A model generated the notes under the pieces. It was given only the letters and a program-made list of their open reading frames with translations, did no database searches and was not told the origin of the DNA. From an uncultured archaeon (GTDB lineage: Archaea; Asgardarchaeota; Lokiarchaeia; Sigyniarchaeales; SOKP01): DNA of 46,566 nt. The translations under genes and the position numbers were made by a program. This document shows, piece after piece, positions 36,739-46,389 of this stretch (position 1 is its first letter; each line of letters begins with the position of its first letter). The stretch lies in contig CAZDTP010000029.1 in the NCBI GenBank assembly GCA_964508365.1, positions 1 through 46,566 of the forward strand, given 5' to 3'.

Positions 36739-37926
36739 TTATTTAAAATGCATGTATTGAAATGGTGATGCGGTATTTCTCCAAATAGCGATGTCGTTAA
36801 AACCTAATTTTTCCGCTTGAGTTTTTTCACCATTCAAAACCTTTTTCATCCTTAACCATAGAACTTCTGCAAGTTCCTCTATGGAATTTCCTCCTTTAAT
36901 TATTGAACTAACATCAACATCTATATTTTCTGCCATCCATTCGCAAGTTTTTGGATTCCCACATATTTTTATCACTGGAACTACAGGGTTTCCACAAGGA
37001 GTACCCCTTCCTGTCGTCATAGCGATAACATTTGCTCCTGCTCCAGCTAAACCTGTCATAGATTCCACATCCAAACTTGGTTCGATCATGAGCCATAATC
37101 CTTTCCCTCTAGGTTTCTCAGTATATTGAATTAACCCTTGAATAGGAGATTTTCCTGCCTTTGCGATGGTACCTAAACTTTTCTCTTCTATAGTTGTTAA
37201 TCCACCCTGAATGTTCCCAGGAGTAGGTTGCACTCCAAGGAAGTTAATTCCTAAACTTTTCAGATTTTCTAAAAAACCAGAAAGTAACTCATGTATTTGT
37301 TCTGCAACACTTTTATCAATGGCTCGTTTGATAAGTAAATGTTCAGTCCCAATCCATTCCGTAAATTCTGGTAATATAGAAGTCCCTCCATATTTAACGA
37401 TTCTATCAGATACAATTCCTAATGCTGGATTAGCTGATATTCCAGAAATTGAATCTGATGCCCCACATTCTAATCCTAAAACAATATGGGAGAAGTCAAA
37501 GGGTTCTCTTTTCATTTCTCTTGCTTCTTCTGAAATACTATTTCCAAGCTTAACACCTTTTTCTATCGCAGCTGGTGATCCTCCATTAACATCTTGTAAA
37601 TCAAAATATTCTACTGGTTTTTTCGATTTCTTGATATTTTTAGCTAGCAATTTACTGCTGATATTTTCACACCCTAAACCTACTACCACAGTCCCGAATA
37701 CATTAGGATTCGTTCCTAAACCAATTAAAGTTTTTAGAGTGTTGCTATAATCCGGTCCGAATTGACCACATCCTAAAGGATGAGTAATAGGTACAGCATC
37801 CTTAACTTTATTAGCAATTTGCTGAACTACATTATTTACGCATACAACAGAAGAAATAATTGCTATCTTATTTCTAATTCCTACTTCACCCCTTGGACGT
37901 TGATATCCCATAAATTCTTCATTCAA
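36739..37926 (-). CDS. UxaA/GarD family hydro-lyase large subunit (SuyB-like)
   Basis: FMGYQRPRGEVGIRN, HPLGCGQ, VVGLGCE, GLECGASD, SANPALG, NIQGGLTTIEEKSLG and TTGRGTPCG. Confidence 0.9.
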   Translation of the reverse strand: MNEEFMGYQRPRGEVGIRNKIAIISSVVCVNNVVQQIANKVKDAVPITHPLGCGQFGPDYSNTLKTLIGLGTNPNVFGTVVVGLGCENISSKLLAKNIKKSKKPVEYFDLQDVNGGSPAAIEKGVKLGNSISEEAREMKREPFDFSHIVLGLECGASDSISGISANPALGIVSDRIVKYGGTSILPEFTEWIGTEHLLIKRAIDKSVAEQIHELLSGFLENLKSLGINFLGVQPTPGNIQGGLTTIEEKSLGTIAKAGKSPIQGLIQYTEKPRGKGLWLMIEPSLDVESMTGLAGAGANVIAMTTGRGTPCGNPVVPVIKICGNPKTCEWMAENIDVDVSSIIKGGNSIEELAEVLWLRMKKVLNGEKTQAEKLGFNDIAIWRNTASPFQYMHFK

Positions 37927-38213
37927 AGTTTCAATACCTCCTTAAGATACTGGCTTGTAAGATTATGAGTATGAATCCAATCTCCTCTATTTATATCTTC
38001 TGTAGCAAATCCTATAGGATGGCCATATTTTTTAACCAAATCACCTTTTCTAATGTCTTCTAAAGCGATTTTATGTCCTAAGGGTATATTTTGGTTGATA
38101 ACAATAACGCGATCCTTTACCTTTAATTCAGTTTGGGGTAAAATATCTTCAAGAATTGTAGCACAATTATCATCGGGATGCATTATAATAAAATTAATAA
38201 AATGCTTAGGCAT
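37923..38213 (-). CDS. UxaA family SAF-domain small subunit (SuyA-like)
   Basis: HPDDNCAT, IPLGHKIAL, KYGHPIG and GDWIHTHNL; 4-nt overlap with the large subunit gene. Confidence 0.9.
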   Translation of the reverse strand: MPKHFINFIIMHPDDNCATILEDILPQTELKVKDRVIVINQNIPLGHKIALEDIRKGDLVKKYGHPIGFATEDINRGDWIHTHNLTSQYLKEVLKL

Positions 38214-38337
38214 GATTTATTGACTATTTTATAATTTTCTCGTTTATAATCTTTTTAAACTTTCTAAACATTTATATTATTTAATAATTACACTTGAAAC
38301 ATAATTGTAAAAATTAAAGCATAGGAGTTAAACAAAG

Positions 38338-40173
38338 TTGCCAAACGGATTTTTAGGTAAAATATTATGGGTAGATCTTACTAGTGAAACATTTAAAGAA
38401 GAAGAACTATCAGAACAAATTTATCGTCAATATATCGGAGGATTTGGTCTAGCAACCAAACTCATTTATGAAAATATGCCCTCAAAAACAGATGCTCTCA
38501 GTCCTGAATCTGTATTCGGATTTTTTCCAGGGTTATTAACTGGTACAGTTGCACCATTAACAGGTCGTTTCATGGTTGCAGGAAAATCTCCGTTAACAAA
38601 AACATGGGGTGACTCTAACTGCGGAGGGTATTTTGGTCCAGAAATTAAAAAATGTGGGTACGATGCAATTTTAATTAAAGGAATGGCTGATAGTCCAACA
38701 TATATAACAATATTGGAAGATGATAAGCAAAATATCGATGCTTCAGATTTATGGGGTTTGGATGTTGTTCAAACCGAAGATAAACTTAAAGAAAAATATG
38801 GAAGCGTTCAAATTGCTAGTATTGGTCAAGCAGGTGAAAATTTAAGTTTAATATCTGGAATTGTTAATGATAAAGCTAGGATTGCGGGAAGATCTGGATT
38901 TGGAGCAGTTATGGGATCTAAAAAACTAAAAGCGATTGTTCTCAAAGGAACAAGAAAGATTGAGGTTGCCGATAAAGACGCTCTTATCCAACATACAAAA
39001 GATTATAACGAAGGTATAAACAATGCTACAGCGGGTGGAATTGAGGGTTATAGGACATTAGGAACTACAATGGGAAATGAAATTTTATTTCAAATAGGAG
39101 ATACTCCCTGCAAGAATTGGGGGGGAACAAAAGAAGAATTTCCACCTGAGAGATTATCTAGAATATCAGGTATTGAAATAGATAAGTATAAACAAAAACC
39201 ATACGGATGCTTCTCATGTCCCGTTCGTTGTGGGGCAATCATGAAAGTTCCAGAAGTGGAGTTAGAAGAAACTCATAGACCAGAGTATGAAACATGTGCC
39301 AGTTTTGGACATCTCTTACTCAACGACGATCTTTTGTCAATATTTAAAGCCAACGACTTGTGTAATCGAGCGGGTATTGATACTATTTCTGCTGGGGCGA
39401 CAATTGCGTTTGCAATTGAATGTTACGAAAATAATTTAATTTCTAAGGATGATACTGACGGACTCGAATTGACTTGGGGAAATTCAGATTCTATAATTAC
39501 GTTATTAAATAAAATAATAAATCGGGAAGGAATTGGTGATTTACTAGCAGATGGTACTAAAATTGCAGCAGAAAAATTAGGGAGAGGATCAGAATACGCT
39601 ATGCATTCCTTAGGTCAAGAATTGGGCATGCATTCTCCAAAATATTATAAAAATATGGGAACTACTTTTGCTTTCGATCCAACACCAGGTAGACACACTA
39701 CAGCAAGTTTGGATTTTTTCGTAATGGGACCGATAATTAAACCCAATGGCTTATTTGAGGGAATAACGCTCCCAAAAAAATTTAAGCGTCCTGGTGATGA
39801 TAGAAGTGAAGCTGAAAAAATTTTTACTGCGATAATGCAATTTACTCATAGTCTTGGACTATGTGAGTTTGTATATGTTTTTCAGAAATATCCTCTATTA
39901 GAATTAATTAAAGCAGTTGTAGGATGGGACTTAGACATCGCCGAAGCGATTAAAACAGGTCAAAGAATTCAAACTTTGAGACAAGCATTCACACTCCGAG
40001 AAGGTATAGATATCATTAAGAATAAAATACCTGAAAGGACAGTAACTGTAGATTATTTAGAGGATTATAAAGGATATTGTGAAAAAATGGGTTGGAATCC
40101 TGAAACTGGTTATCCTCTCAAAGAAACATTGACAGATCTTAATTTAGATTTTGTTGTTAAGGATTTATTTTAA
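38338..40173 (+). CDS. aor: Tungsten-dependent aldehyde:ferredoxin oxidoreductase family protein (TTG start)
   Basis: YIGGFGLA, KSPLT...DSNCGG, AGRSGFGAVMGSKKLKA, CFSCPVRC, PEYET, GIDTIS and HTTA. Confidence 0.92.
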   Translation: MPNGFLGKILWVDLTSETFKEEELSEQIYRQYIGGFGLATKLIYENMPSKTDALSPESVFGFFPGLLTGTVAPLTGRFMVAGKSPLTKTWGDSNCGGYFGPEIKKCGYDAILIKGMADSPTYITILEDDKQNIDASDLWGLDVVQTEDKLKEKYGSVQIASIGQAGENLSLISGIVNDKARIAGRSGFGAVMGSKKLKAIVLKGTRKIEVADKDALIQHTKDYNEGINNATAGGIEGYRTLGTTMGNEILFQIGDTPCKNWGGTKEEFPPERLSRISGIEIDKYKQKPYGCFSCPVRCGAIMKVPEVELEETHRPEYETCASFGHLLLNDDLLSIFKANDLCNRAGIDTISAGATIAFAIECYENNLISKDDTDGLELTWGNSDSIITLLNKIINREGIGDLLADGTKIAAEKLGRGSEYAMHSLGQELGMHSPKYYKNMGTTFAFDPTPGRHTTASLDFFVMGPIIKPNGLFEGITLPKKFKRPGDDRSEAEKIFTAIMQFTHSLGLCEFVYVFQKYPLLELIKAVVGWDLDIAEAIKTGQRIQTLRQAFTLREGIDIIKNKIPERTVTVDYLEDYKGYCEKMGWNPETGYPLKETLTDLNLDFVVKDLF

Positions 40174-40221
40174 GTTAATTTCAATTTTTTTCCTTTTTTT
40201 TCTTAAAATTTTAAAGATTTC

Positions 40222-41406
40222 TCAAGAAAATCTTTTACCATATCCTCTGTAGGTCTTGTACTTATCTGTTATTTCACCCTTGCTGTAAATTAATATTTCA
40301 TTAAAATGCTCTAAGGGTTCGCCTGCTTTACCGAATCTACAAAATATTGGATCTCCAAGATTCAATTCAATTTGGTTTGGATTAAAAATAAAGGGTGTTT
40401 GAACTTCTCCAAAACCTTCGTCTTGAGATATTGTTAAATTCTTCGGAATAACCGATATAGGCAATGCTCTCGCGCTTCCAGAGCTCACATACCCTCCTGA
40501 AAAAGCAGTGGCAATATTTTTTCGTGGTTTTCTAACAATTTGTAGAACAAAAAATAAAGATGGTAAGAACTCGTTCAAAGAATTAATTGCATCAAAAATA
40601 TGCGATTTAAAAAGTAATGATCCTATACCTATTTCAGTTATAGAGGGCTCGGTGGCTGTTTCTTGATAGCATCCTGAACCTCCTCCATTTACAATTTCTG
40701 GTTGAAATCCTTCATTATTGAGGGCATTTACAACATTTTGGCGCCATAAATTTACACGATTTCTTGATCTCTTCTTAGCAAATCTGTATAGCCATTTATC
40801 ATCTCCAATACTAGCGTTTTGAGCTTCATAACCCATAATCCCTCGAAAATGTAACTGAGATTTTTTACTAATAATGCGTGCAAGACTTACTACATCTTCC
40901 GGTTTCCTTATTGGACTTCTATAAACGCCAACATTTCTTCCTAATAATTTATCAGCAACATCAATTTCAATCAATGTTCCTAATTCAACATTATTCTTTG
41001 CTGCAAACTCATCTAAAAGATCGATTTGTTTAATATCATCAACCATTACTGTAATCCTAACACCGTCTATTTTTGCAGCGTGACATATTTCTTCTACATC
41101 AACCTTAGACATTGTGGGATAACCTAACAAAATATCTTCAATTTTATAATTTTCTGCGTAAAATAAAGCTTCAGCTGAGTTATAGGTGAAAATACCGTTA
41201 ACAAAATCTTCTTTTTCAACTAAGTTTACTAACTCAGGAACTCTAACAGATTTTGTACATAACCTTAAACTCTTTTTTGTTTTCCTAAGATATTTGCCGA
41301 CCCTCTCTAGATTCTGATTGAAAGCATCAAGATCACATATCGCCAGAGGTAATTTCTTGTTTTTTACTAAATTCTTTAATGTTTCATAACTAGAATTTAA
41401 AATCAA
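40222..41406 (-). CDS. PLP-dependent fold-type III enzyme (D-threonine aldolase / D-serine deaminase-like)
   Basis: RLCTKSVRV (PLP Lys), GIMGYEAQ, VNGGGSG, EIGIGS, GEVQTP and RFGKAGE...HF. Confidence 0.8.
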   Translation of the reverse strand: MILNSSYETLKNLVKNKKLPLAICDLDAFNQNLERVGKYLRKTKKSLRLCTKSVRVPELVNLVEKEDFVNGIFTYNSAEALFYAENYKIEDILLGYPTMSKVDVEEICHAAKIDGVRITVMVDDIKQIDLLDEFAAKNNVELGTLIEIDVADKLLGRNVGVYRSPIRKPEDVVSLARIISKKSQLHFRGIMGYEAQNASIGDDKWLYRFAKKRSRNRVNLWRQNVVNALNNEGFQPEIVNGGGSGCYQETATEPSITEIGIGSLLFKSHIFDAINSLNEFLPSLFFVLQIVRKPRKNIATAFSGGYVSSGSARALPISVIPKNLTISQDEGFGEVQTPFIFNPNQIELNLGDPIFCRFGKAGEPLEHFNEILIYSKGEITDKYKTYRGYGKRFS

Positions 41407-41540
41407 ATCTCATTCAACCTTTATAATAAATTATTTAGTGATAATACATGAAAATTACTTTTTAGATTTTGTTAAAGGAGAATAAACTATAAAAAAAGTA
41501 AAATTGGATTATTTCAGGATTTAAAAAAAATTATATTGAA

Positions 41541-41918
41541 TTATAACACAGCGATTGCACTTATTTCTAATAACATGCTAGGAAGAGGCAAGTTAGATAC
41601 TTCCACCGTAACCCTTGAAGGATAAGCTTCTAAAATACCGTTATCATTAAAGAATTTTTTGTAAACTCCGTTCACTTCGCTAAACGCACTCATATTTTTT
41701 AAAAATACAGTTGTTTTAACAATATTTGAAATTTTACCTCCCCCAGCTTCAACGATCTTTTTTATTTTATTGAGAGTATTTAAGGTTTGTTCTTTAATAT
41801 TTTCATCAGATTGAGGCGATCCTTGACCAGAAATAAATAGTAAATTACCTACTTTTATACCTGGATTATAAGGTCCAACAACGGGAATTCCCGGATTAAT
41901 TATTTCTAATTCTGGCAT
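41541..41918 (-). CDS. ridA: RidA family enamine/imine deaminase
   Basis: GPYNPG, LFISGQ, VKTTVFL, F.EVNGVY..FF and YPSRVTVEV..LP...LEISAIA (conserved Arg and Glu). Confidence 0.9.
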   Translation of the reverse strand: MPELEIINPGIPVVGPYNPGIKVGNLLFISGQGSPQSDENIKEQTLNTLNKIKKIVEAGGGKISNIVKTTVFLKNMSAFSEVNGVYKKFFNDNGILEAYPSRVTVEVSNLPLPSMLLEISAIAVL

Positions 41919-42067
41919 ACTTATTTTAACACTCGATTATTTTTATAGATTTTTATCTTGAATCCTATTAGAAAAGGTAAGGTCAAATGATCTTTCCTTA
42001 ATCCAATAAAAACGAAAAAGATATTTGTAAATAATTGTTCTTTTCAATTAAATCAGCGCTAATTTAA

Positions 42068-43435
42068 ATGAATAATATTATGTCTAAGAAGCTATCAACA
42101 AAACCACTAAGAGGAATGGAAGATTATTATCCTCCCGATTTACGGGAGACAAACTGGATAATTGATACAATCAGAGATGTTGCGGATTTATATAGTTACG
42201 AAGAATTTGAAAGTCCAAAATTGGAACCCATTGAGATTTTTGCCGCTAAATCTTCTGACGAGTTAGTAAATGAACAATCTTTCATAGTTGAGAAGAAAAA
42301 AGGAGAAAAATTAATTTTAATTCCTGAACTTACACCTTCATTAGCGCGAATGATAACAGCAAAACGACAAGAACTAAAAAAACCCATAAGATGGTTCTCA
42401 GTTCCTACATGTTATAGATATGAACGCCCCCAAAAAGGGCGTCGCAGGGAATTTAAGCAAATTAATATTGATATTTTAGGAGAAGATAGTCTTTATGCTG
42501 ATTTAGAAATATTTAACATCATCGTAGACATTTTTTCTGAATTTGGTGCTACATCACAGCAATTTCAGATTTATTACAATAATCGTCGTTTTATAGATTC
42601 TGTTTGCGAATTAATTATGAATGTCCCTAAAGAAAAAATACCTCTAATTTATAAAATTTTAGATAAAACTGATAAAATGGAAGACTCGGAATACGAGAAG
42701 TATGTTTTAGAACATTTTCAAGATGAGATTATTATCCAAGGTATATCTAAGTTAAAAGAGACGGCAAGTTTAAAAGATCTTTTAAACCGATTTGAAGATA
42801 TTTCTGAAAAATTCTACGCCTCCAAAGGGTATAGAGAGCTAACTTCATTTATACACCTTTTAGAAGATGCGAATATTTCAGAGTATTGTACTTTCTCTCC
42901 TAAAGTTGTGCGCGGTCTGGATTATTATACAGGAATAGTATATGAAGTTTTTGATACAGGAAAAGAAAATATTAGAAGTATCTTTGGTGGCGGTCGCTAT
43001 GATGACCTCCTTTCTCTATTTTCTGATGAAAAGATTACAGGAACGGGATTTGGAATGGGAGTTTTAATGTTCTCTTTATTTTTAAAAACCTACGATTTAA
43101 TACCAGAAGAAATTAGGGAAAAAGAGTATACCGATACTATTTTTATTGCCTCAATTAGCGAAAATGTATCTAAATATGCGTTAAAACTCGCTCGAATGAT
43201 TAGAGCTGAAGATTTTCCTTGTATTGTAGATTATCGATTTTCAAATCTAAAAAATCAATTGAGTAAAGCCAATGAACTTGAAGTTTTGATTGTATTGATA
43301 ATTGGTCTAAAAGAGATGGAACAGAATGAGGTTACAATCAAGAACATGAAAACGGAAACACAAGAAACGATTAAGATTAGTTCACTCATTGATAAAATTT
43401 ACGATATTATTGATGGATTTGAAGCCCAAGATTAA
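42068..43435 (+). CDS. hisS: Histidine--tRNA ligase
   Basis: PLRGMED, LIPELTPSLAR, YRYERPQKGRRREFKQ, RGLDYYTG, GGGRYDDL, GFGMG and a C-terminal anticodon-binding domain. Confidence 0.96.
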   Translation: MNNIMSKKLSTKPLRGMEDYYPPDLRETNWIIDTIRDVADLYSYEEFESPKLEPIEIFAAKSSDELVNEQSFIVEKKKGEKLILIPELTPSLARMITAKRQELKKPIRWFSVPTCYRYERPQKGRRREFKQINIDILGEDSLYADLEIFNIIVDIFSEFGATSQQFQIYYNNRRFIDSVCELIMNVPKEKIPLIYKILDKTDKMEDSEYEKYVLEHFQDEIIIQGISKLKETASLKDLLNRFEDISEKFYASKGYRELTSFIHLLEDANISEYCTFSPKVVRGLDYYTGIVYEVFDTGKENIRSIFGGGRYDDLLSLFSDEKITGTGFGMGVLMFSLFLKTYDLIPEEIREKEYTDTIFIASISENVSKYALKLARMIRAEDFPCIVDYRFSNLKNQLSKANELEVLIVLIIGLKEMEQNEVTIKNMKTETQETIKISSLIDKIYDIIDGFEAQD

Positions 43436-43549
43436 GTTTATCGTATCTTTTATTATAGACTATAATTTCTGTATATTCAAATTCAGATGGATATGATTTC
43501 TAAAATATTCGAAAAAAAATGAAATTTTTATAAAGAGGCTGATTCTTAA

Positions 43550-43771
43550 ATGTCTTATGTTTATATGAAAGCTTTGGAAAAGAAGGCAGAAAAATACGAC
43601 AAAGGAATAAAGAATTTAACATTAGGACGCTTAACAACAATTAAAAAATATATTTTAGATAATTTAGTAAATAAGGATGAGAAAGTTTTAGATATCAGCA
43701 TGGGCACAGGATCCTTCGCAATTCTATGTGCTAAAAAAGAGAGAGAAAGGTCTCCAAATATACGGATATAG
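43550..43771 (+). pseudogene. Truncated class I SAM-dependent methyltransferase (N-terminal ~63 aa only)
   Basis: MSYVYMKALE...KYDKGI...KVLDISMGTGSFAILCAKK is a degenerate motif I (normally D-x-G-x-G-x-G). It then runs into unrelated sequence and stops. Confidence 0.75.
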
Positions 43772-43832
43772 ATGGATTATTCTGTTATTATTCATATTTA
43801 CAAATATTACAATTTAGATGTTACGGATTTAA
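43743..43832 (+). pseudogene. Degraded N-terminal fragment of an MFS transporter
   Basis: An alternative frame reads EKGLQIYGYRWIILLLFIFTNITI*MLRI*, resembling the MFS TM1 consensus vYgYRWviL..f...N...QmlWi. The expected Q codon is TAG and the expected W codon is CGG. Confidence 0.55.
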
Positions 43833-43974
43833 ATCATGAATTTTTTTTGAAGATGTAATTTAATCTATTATTGATTTTCATATAATTAAAGGAGTTATTG
43901 GCTATTTTTGAATCATATGACTTAAAGTCTGAAAACACGAACATTATTAAGATTTCAAGTAATTAATTTTATTT

Positions 43975-44952
43975 ATGAATCTAAATCTCAAAAAATTTGA
44001 TATACTTTATATAATTGGTTTAGTTGCAACTACTATTTTCATGATTCTTGAATTGATCTTTGGATTTGTAGCGGTGAATATTACTTTCTTAATTTTCTTT
44101 TGGACACTGAAGCTACTTTCCGGTTTTGGGCTAATATTAACTGTGTCAAATGCTATTTTGTGGATTCTAAATCGTTTTACTGAAAAATTTAGTAAAAAAG
44201 AAGTTCAGATTCTTGTAATTATTCAAGTGATAGTTCCAGGAATATTCGTAGGATATGCAATTTATAGCATAATTTCAAGCTTACCTCCTGCAATACCTCC
44301 GATAGGTATACAGTATTGGATCGATCTTCTAGTTTTCCTTTACGGTATTATCTCGTTAATGCTAACTTTATATTTAATTCCCTTAATTAGAGAAGAATTT
44401 CAGGAAGCTGTAGACATGGGAATAATTAATCGTGTGAAGGAAGGTACAAAAAAAATAGGAAGAAAAGTGAAGAAAGGATACTTTAGCTGGAGAGGAAAGT
44501 ATGCGAAAGTTCAAATTCAAGATCAGATGACATTAGGAGAAGTCCTAGATATCTGGAGAAATCAATTTGCAGTGTATTTGCTTATCCCGATTGCCATAGG
44601 TTCACTTATCTTTACACCTATAGCATTTATTTGCATAGTCTTTTGGCTAAAAATAATTGTTTTTGATAAAGGTGAGCCTAAGTTTTATGAAAGAATAGCT
44701 TTACTTATCTCCATGATATGGATCACAACAATCGCATGTTTGTCTTACACCTTCAAACTTGTATTCTTTACATCTATAGAGCTATTTTTCTGGACTATTC
44801 AGGTGTTTTACCTAGTTGGAATTGTTATCTCCACCGCTATACTGATTCATCAATTCATTAAACTTAAAGGAATAACAATAAAAAAAATTAAGGAAGAAAT
44901 CCATGAAAGAAGAACGGCAGAGGATATTGAGGAAACAGATCAGACTGAATAA
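43975..44952 (+). CDS. Hypothetical polytopic membrane protein
   Basis: About 7-8 hydrophobic segments with a basic cytoplasmic loop; no family recognised. Confidence 0.7.
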   Translation: MNLNLKKFDILYIIGLVATTIFMILELIFGFVAVNITFLIFFWTLKLLSGFGLILTVSNAILWILNRFTEKFSKKEVQILVIIQVIVPGIFVGYAIYSIISSLPPAIPPIGIQYWIDLLVFLYGIISLMLTLYLIPLIREEFQEAVDMGIINRVKEGTKKIGRKVKKGYFSWRGKYAKVQIQDQMTLGEVLDIWRNQFAVYLLIPIAIGSLIFTPIAFICIVFWLKIIVFDKGEPKFYERIALLISMIWITTIACLSYTFKLVFFTSIELFFWTIQVFYLVGIVISTAILIHQFIKLKGITIKKIKEEIHERRTAEDIEETDQTE

Positions 44953-45040
44953 ATTATTTAAAAAAATTTATTAATTCTTTTTGTTTAAAATTAATAATTA
45001 TTAGGTGCATTGCCAAGATTGTTAAAAATACATATAAATC

Positions 45041-45961
45041 ATGAATTTCATTGAAGATTTAATTCAATCGATTGTCGATAAACGCAGTGTTGTATGTATG
45101 GGTTTAGATCCTCGATTGGATAAAGAAGGGGAAATTCCTAAATTTCTAATTAACAAATTTGAAGACCCGAACGCGATCATTCTTGAATTTAATAAAATTC
45201 TAATTGACAGCACATTTGATTTAATCCCAGTTATAAAACCACAAATAGCTTTTTATGAGAAATATGAGGCTCTTAACGCTTTAAAAGAAACCATAAAATA
45301 TGCCCATAAAAAGGATCTGCTTGTCATATTAGATTCTAAAAGAAACGATATCGGGGCGACTTCAGAAGCATATGCCCATTCCACATTTAAAGTATTTAAT
45401 GCAGACGCATGCACTTTAAATGCGTACCTTGGAATTGACGGAGTTAAACCTTTTTTAGAATATAAAGAAAAAGGGGTATTCATATTAGTAAAAACATCGA
45501 ATCCTAGTAGCAAAGATTTTCAGAACCTTTTTAGTGCCAGAATTCCAAACGCTTTAGATTCTGATATAGAAGTCAATGTAGAAAAAATAACCTTAGAAAG
45601 AAATTACATAAAAATGGCTCGACTCGTAGCAGATTGGGGCAAAAATTTAACCCAATTTTCAAATTTTCATAATTTAGGCGTAGTAGTAGGCGCACCATTC
45701 CCACAAGAGTTAAAGTCGATAAGGAATATTGTGAAAAATTCGTATATATTAATGCCTGGTTTTGGAGCTCAAGGTGCTGCAGCAGGAGATATAAAAGGTG
45801 GATTTAATGAAAAAGGCTTAGGGGGGATAGTTAACTCGTCAAGAGGAATAACATATGCTTATTTTAAAAATCAAAAATATCCCGCTGACAAATTTGGTGA
45901 GGCTGCAAGAGAAGAAGTAATTGCTATGAATCAGCATATTAACAAAGAAATTAATCTATGA
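45041..45961 (+). CDS. pyrF: Orotidine 5'-phosphate decarboxylase
   Basis: CMGLDP, KPQIAFYE, LDSKRNDIG (DxKxxD), LVKTSNP, GVVVGA, MPGFGAQG and NSSRGI. Confidence 0.95.
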   Translation: MNFIEDLIQSIVDKRSVVCMGLDPRLDKEGEIPKFLINKFEDPNAIILEFNKILIDSTFDLIPVIKPQIAFYEKYEALNALKETIKYAHKKDLLVILDSKRNDIGATSEAYAHSTFKVFNADACTLNAYLGIDGVKPFLEYKEKGVFILVKTSNPSSKDFQNLFSARIPNALDSDIEVNVEKITLERNYIKMARLVADWGKNLTQFSNFHNLGVVVGAPFPQELKSIRNIVKNSYILMPGFGAQGAAAGDIKGGFNEKGLGGIVNSSRGITYAYFKNQKYPADKFGEAAREEVIAMNQHINKEINL

Positions 45962-45975
45962 GATATAAAGTATTT

Positions 45976-46389
45976 TTATGGCATTTGCGACAATGTTGTT
46001 CCAAATCCAATCATTATAAAAATTATTGGAACAAAAGTAATCAAAAGTATAACAAAGGAACGCTTTAAACCAACTTGATGTAAGACATTTATCACATTAA
46101 GATCTATAAATACTGCAAGGATAACGATAGGAATTATTACATCAGGTTCTCCATGAAATGAACCCAAAAAACCTAGCAAAAACAAGGGAGAACTAATAAT
46201 AAAAATTATTCCAAACTGAATAGCAAAACTTCCCGCAACCCATTTCATCCGAGTCTTTTTCTGAGCATTAGTTACCATTAATGCTAGCTTTAATAATACT
46301 ATGTCTCCTGCAGCAAAAAGGCCCATTATGATAAATGGGATTAGTTCCCCTATTGAAGAATTTCCCATTTGTAAAAAAATAAATAGCAT
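45976..46389 (-). CDS. Hypothetical small membrane protein
   Basis: 137 aa with 4 hydrophobic helices. Confidence 0.65.
   Translation of the reverse strand: MLFIFLQMGNSSIGELIPFIIMGLFAAGDIVLLKLALMVTNAQKKTRMKWVAGSFAIQFGIIFIISSPLFLLGFLGSFHGEPDVIIPIVILAVFIDLNVINVLHQVGLKRSFVILLITFVPIIFIMIGFGTTLSQMP

Noticed and set aside
11958-40205. Homopolymer T/A runs (for example near 11958-11969, 17681-17689, 40185-40201)
   Set aside because: These are expected for archaeal oligo-T terminators and AT-rich spacers, and none lies inside a gene in a way that suggests phase variation.
9344-43435. tRNA-His and hisS in the same window
   Set aside because: They are about 33 kb apart with unrelated genes between them; this is probably coincidence.
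748-45513. Many short or antisense ORFs in the track (for example 748..951, 1489..1731, 4169..4540, 5353..5694, 19677..20180, 24460..24993, 37211..37750, 45253..45513)
   Set aside because: They are shadows of well-supported genes on the opposite strand or in another frame, with no recognisable motifs.
29674-45961. Reading the PyrK-like domain as part of a pyrimidine operon with pyrF
   Set aside because: pyrF is about 13.5 kb away on the other strand, there is no pyrD nearby, and the fusion is translationally coupled to the OFOR genes.
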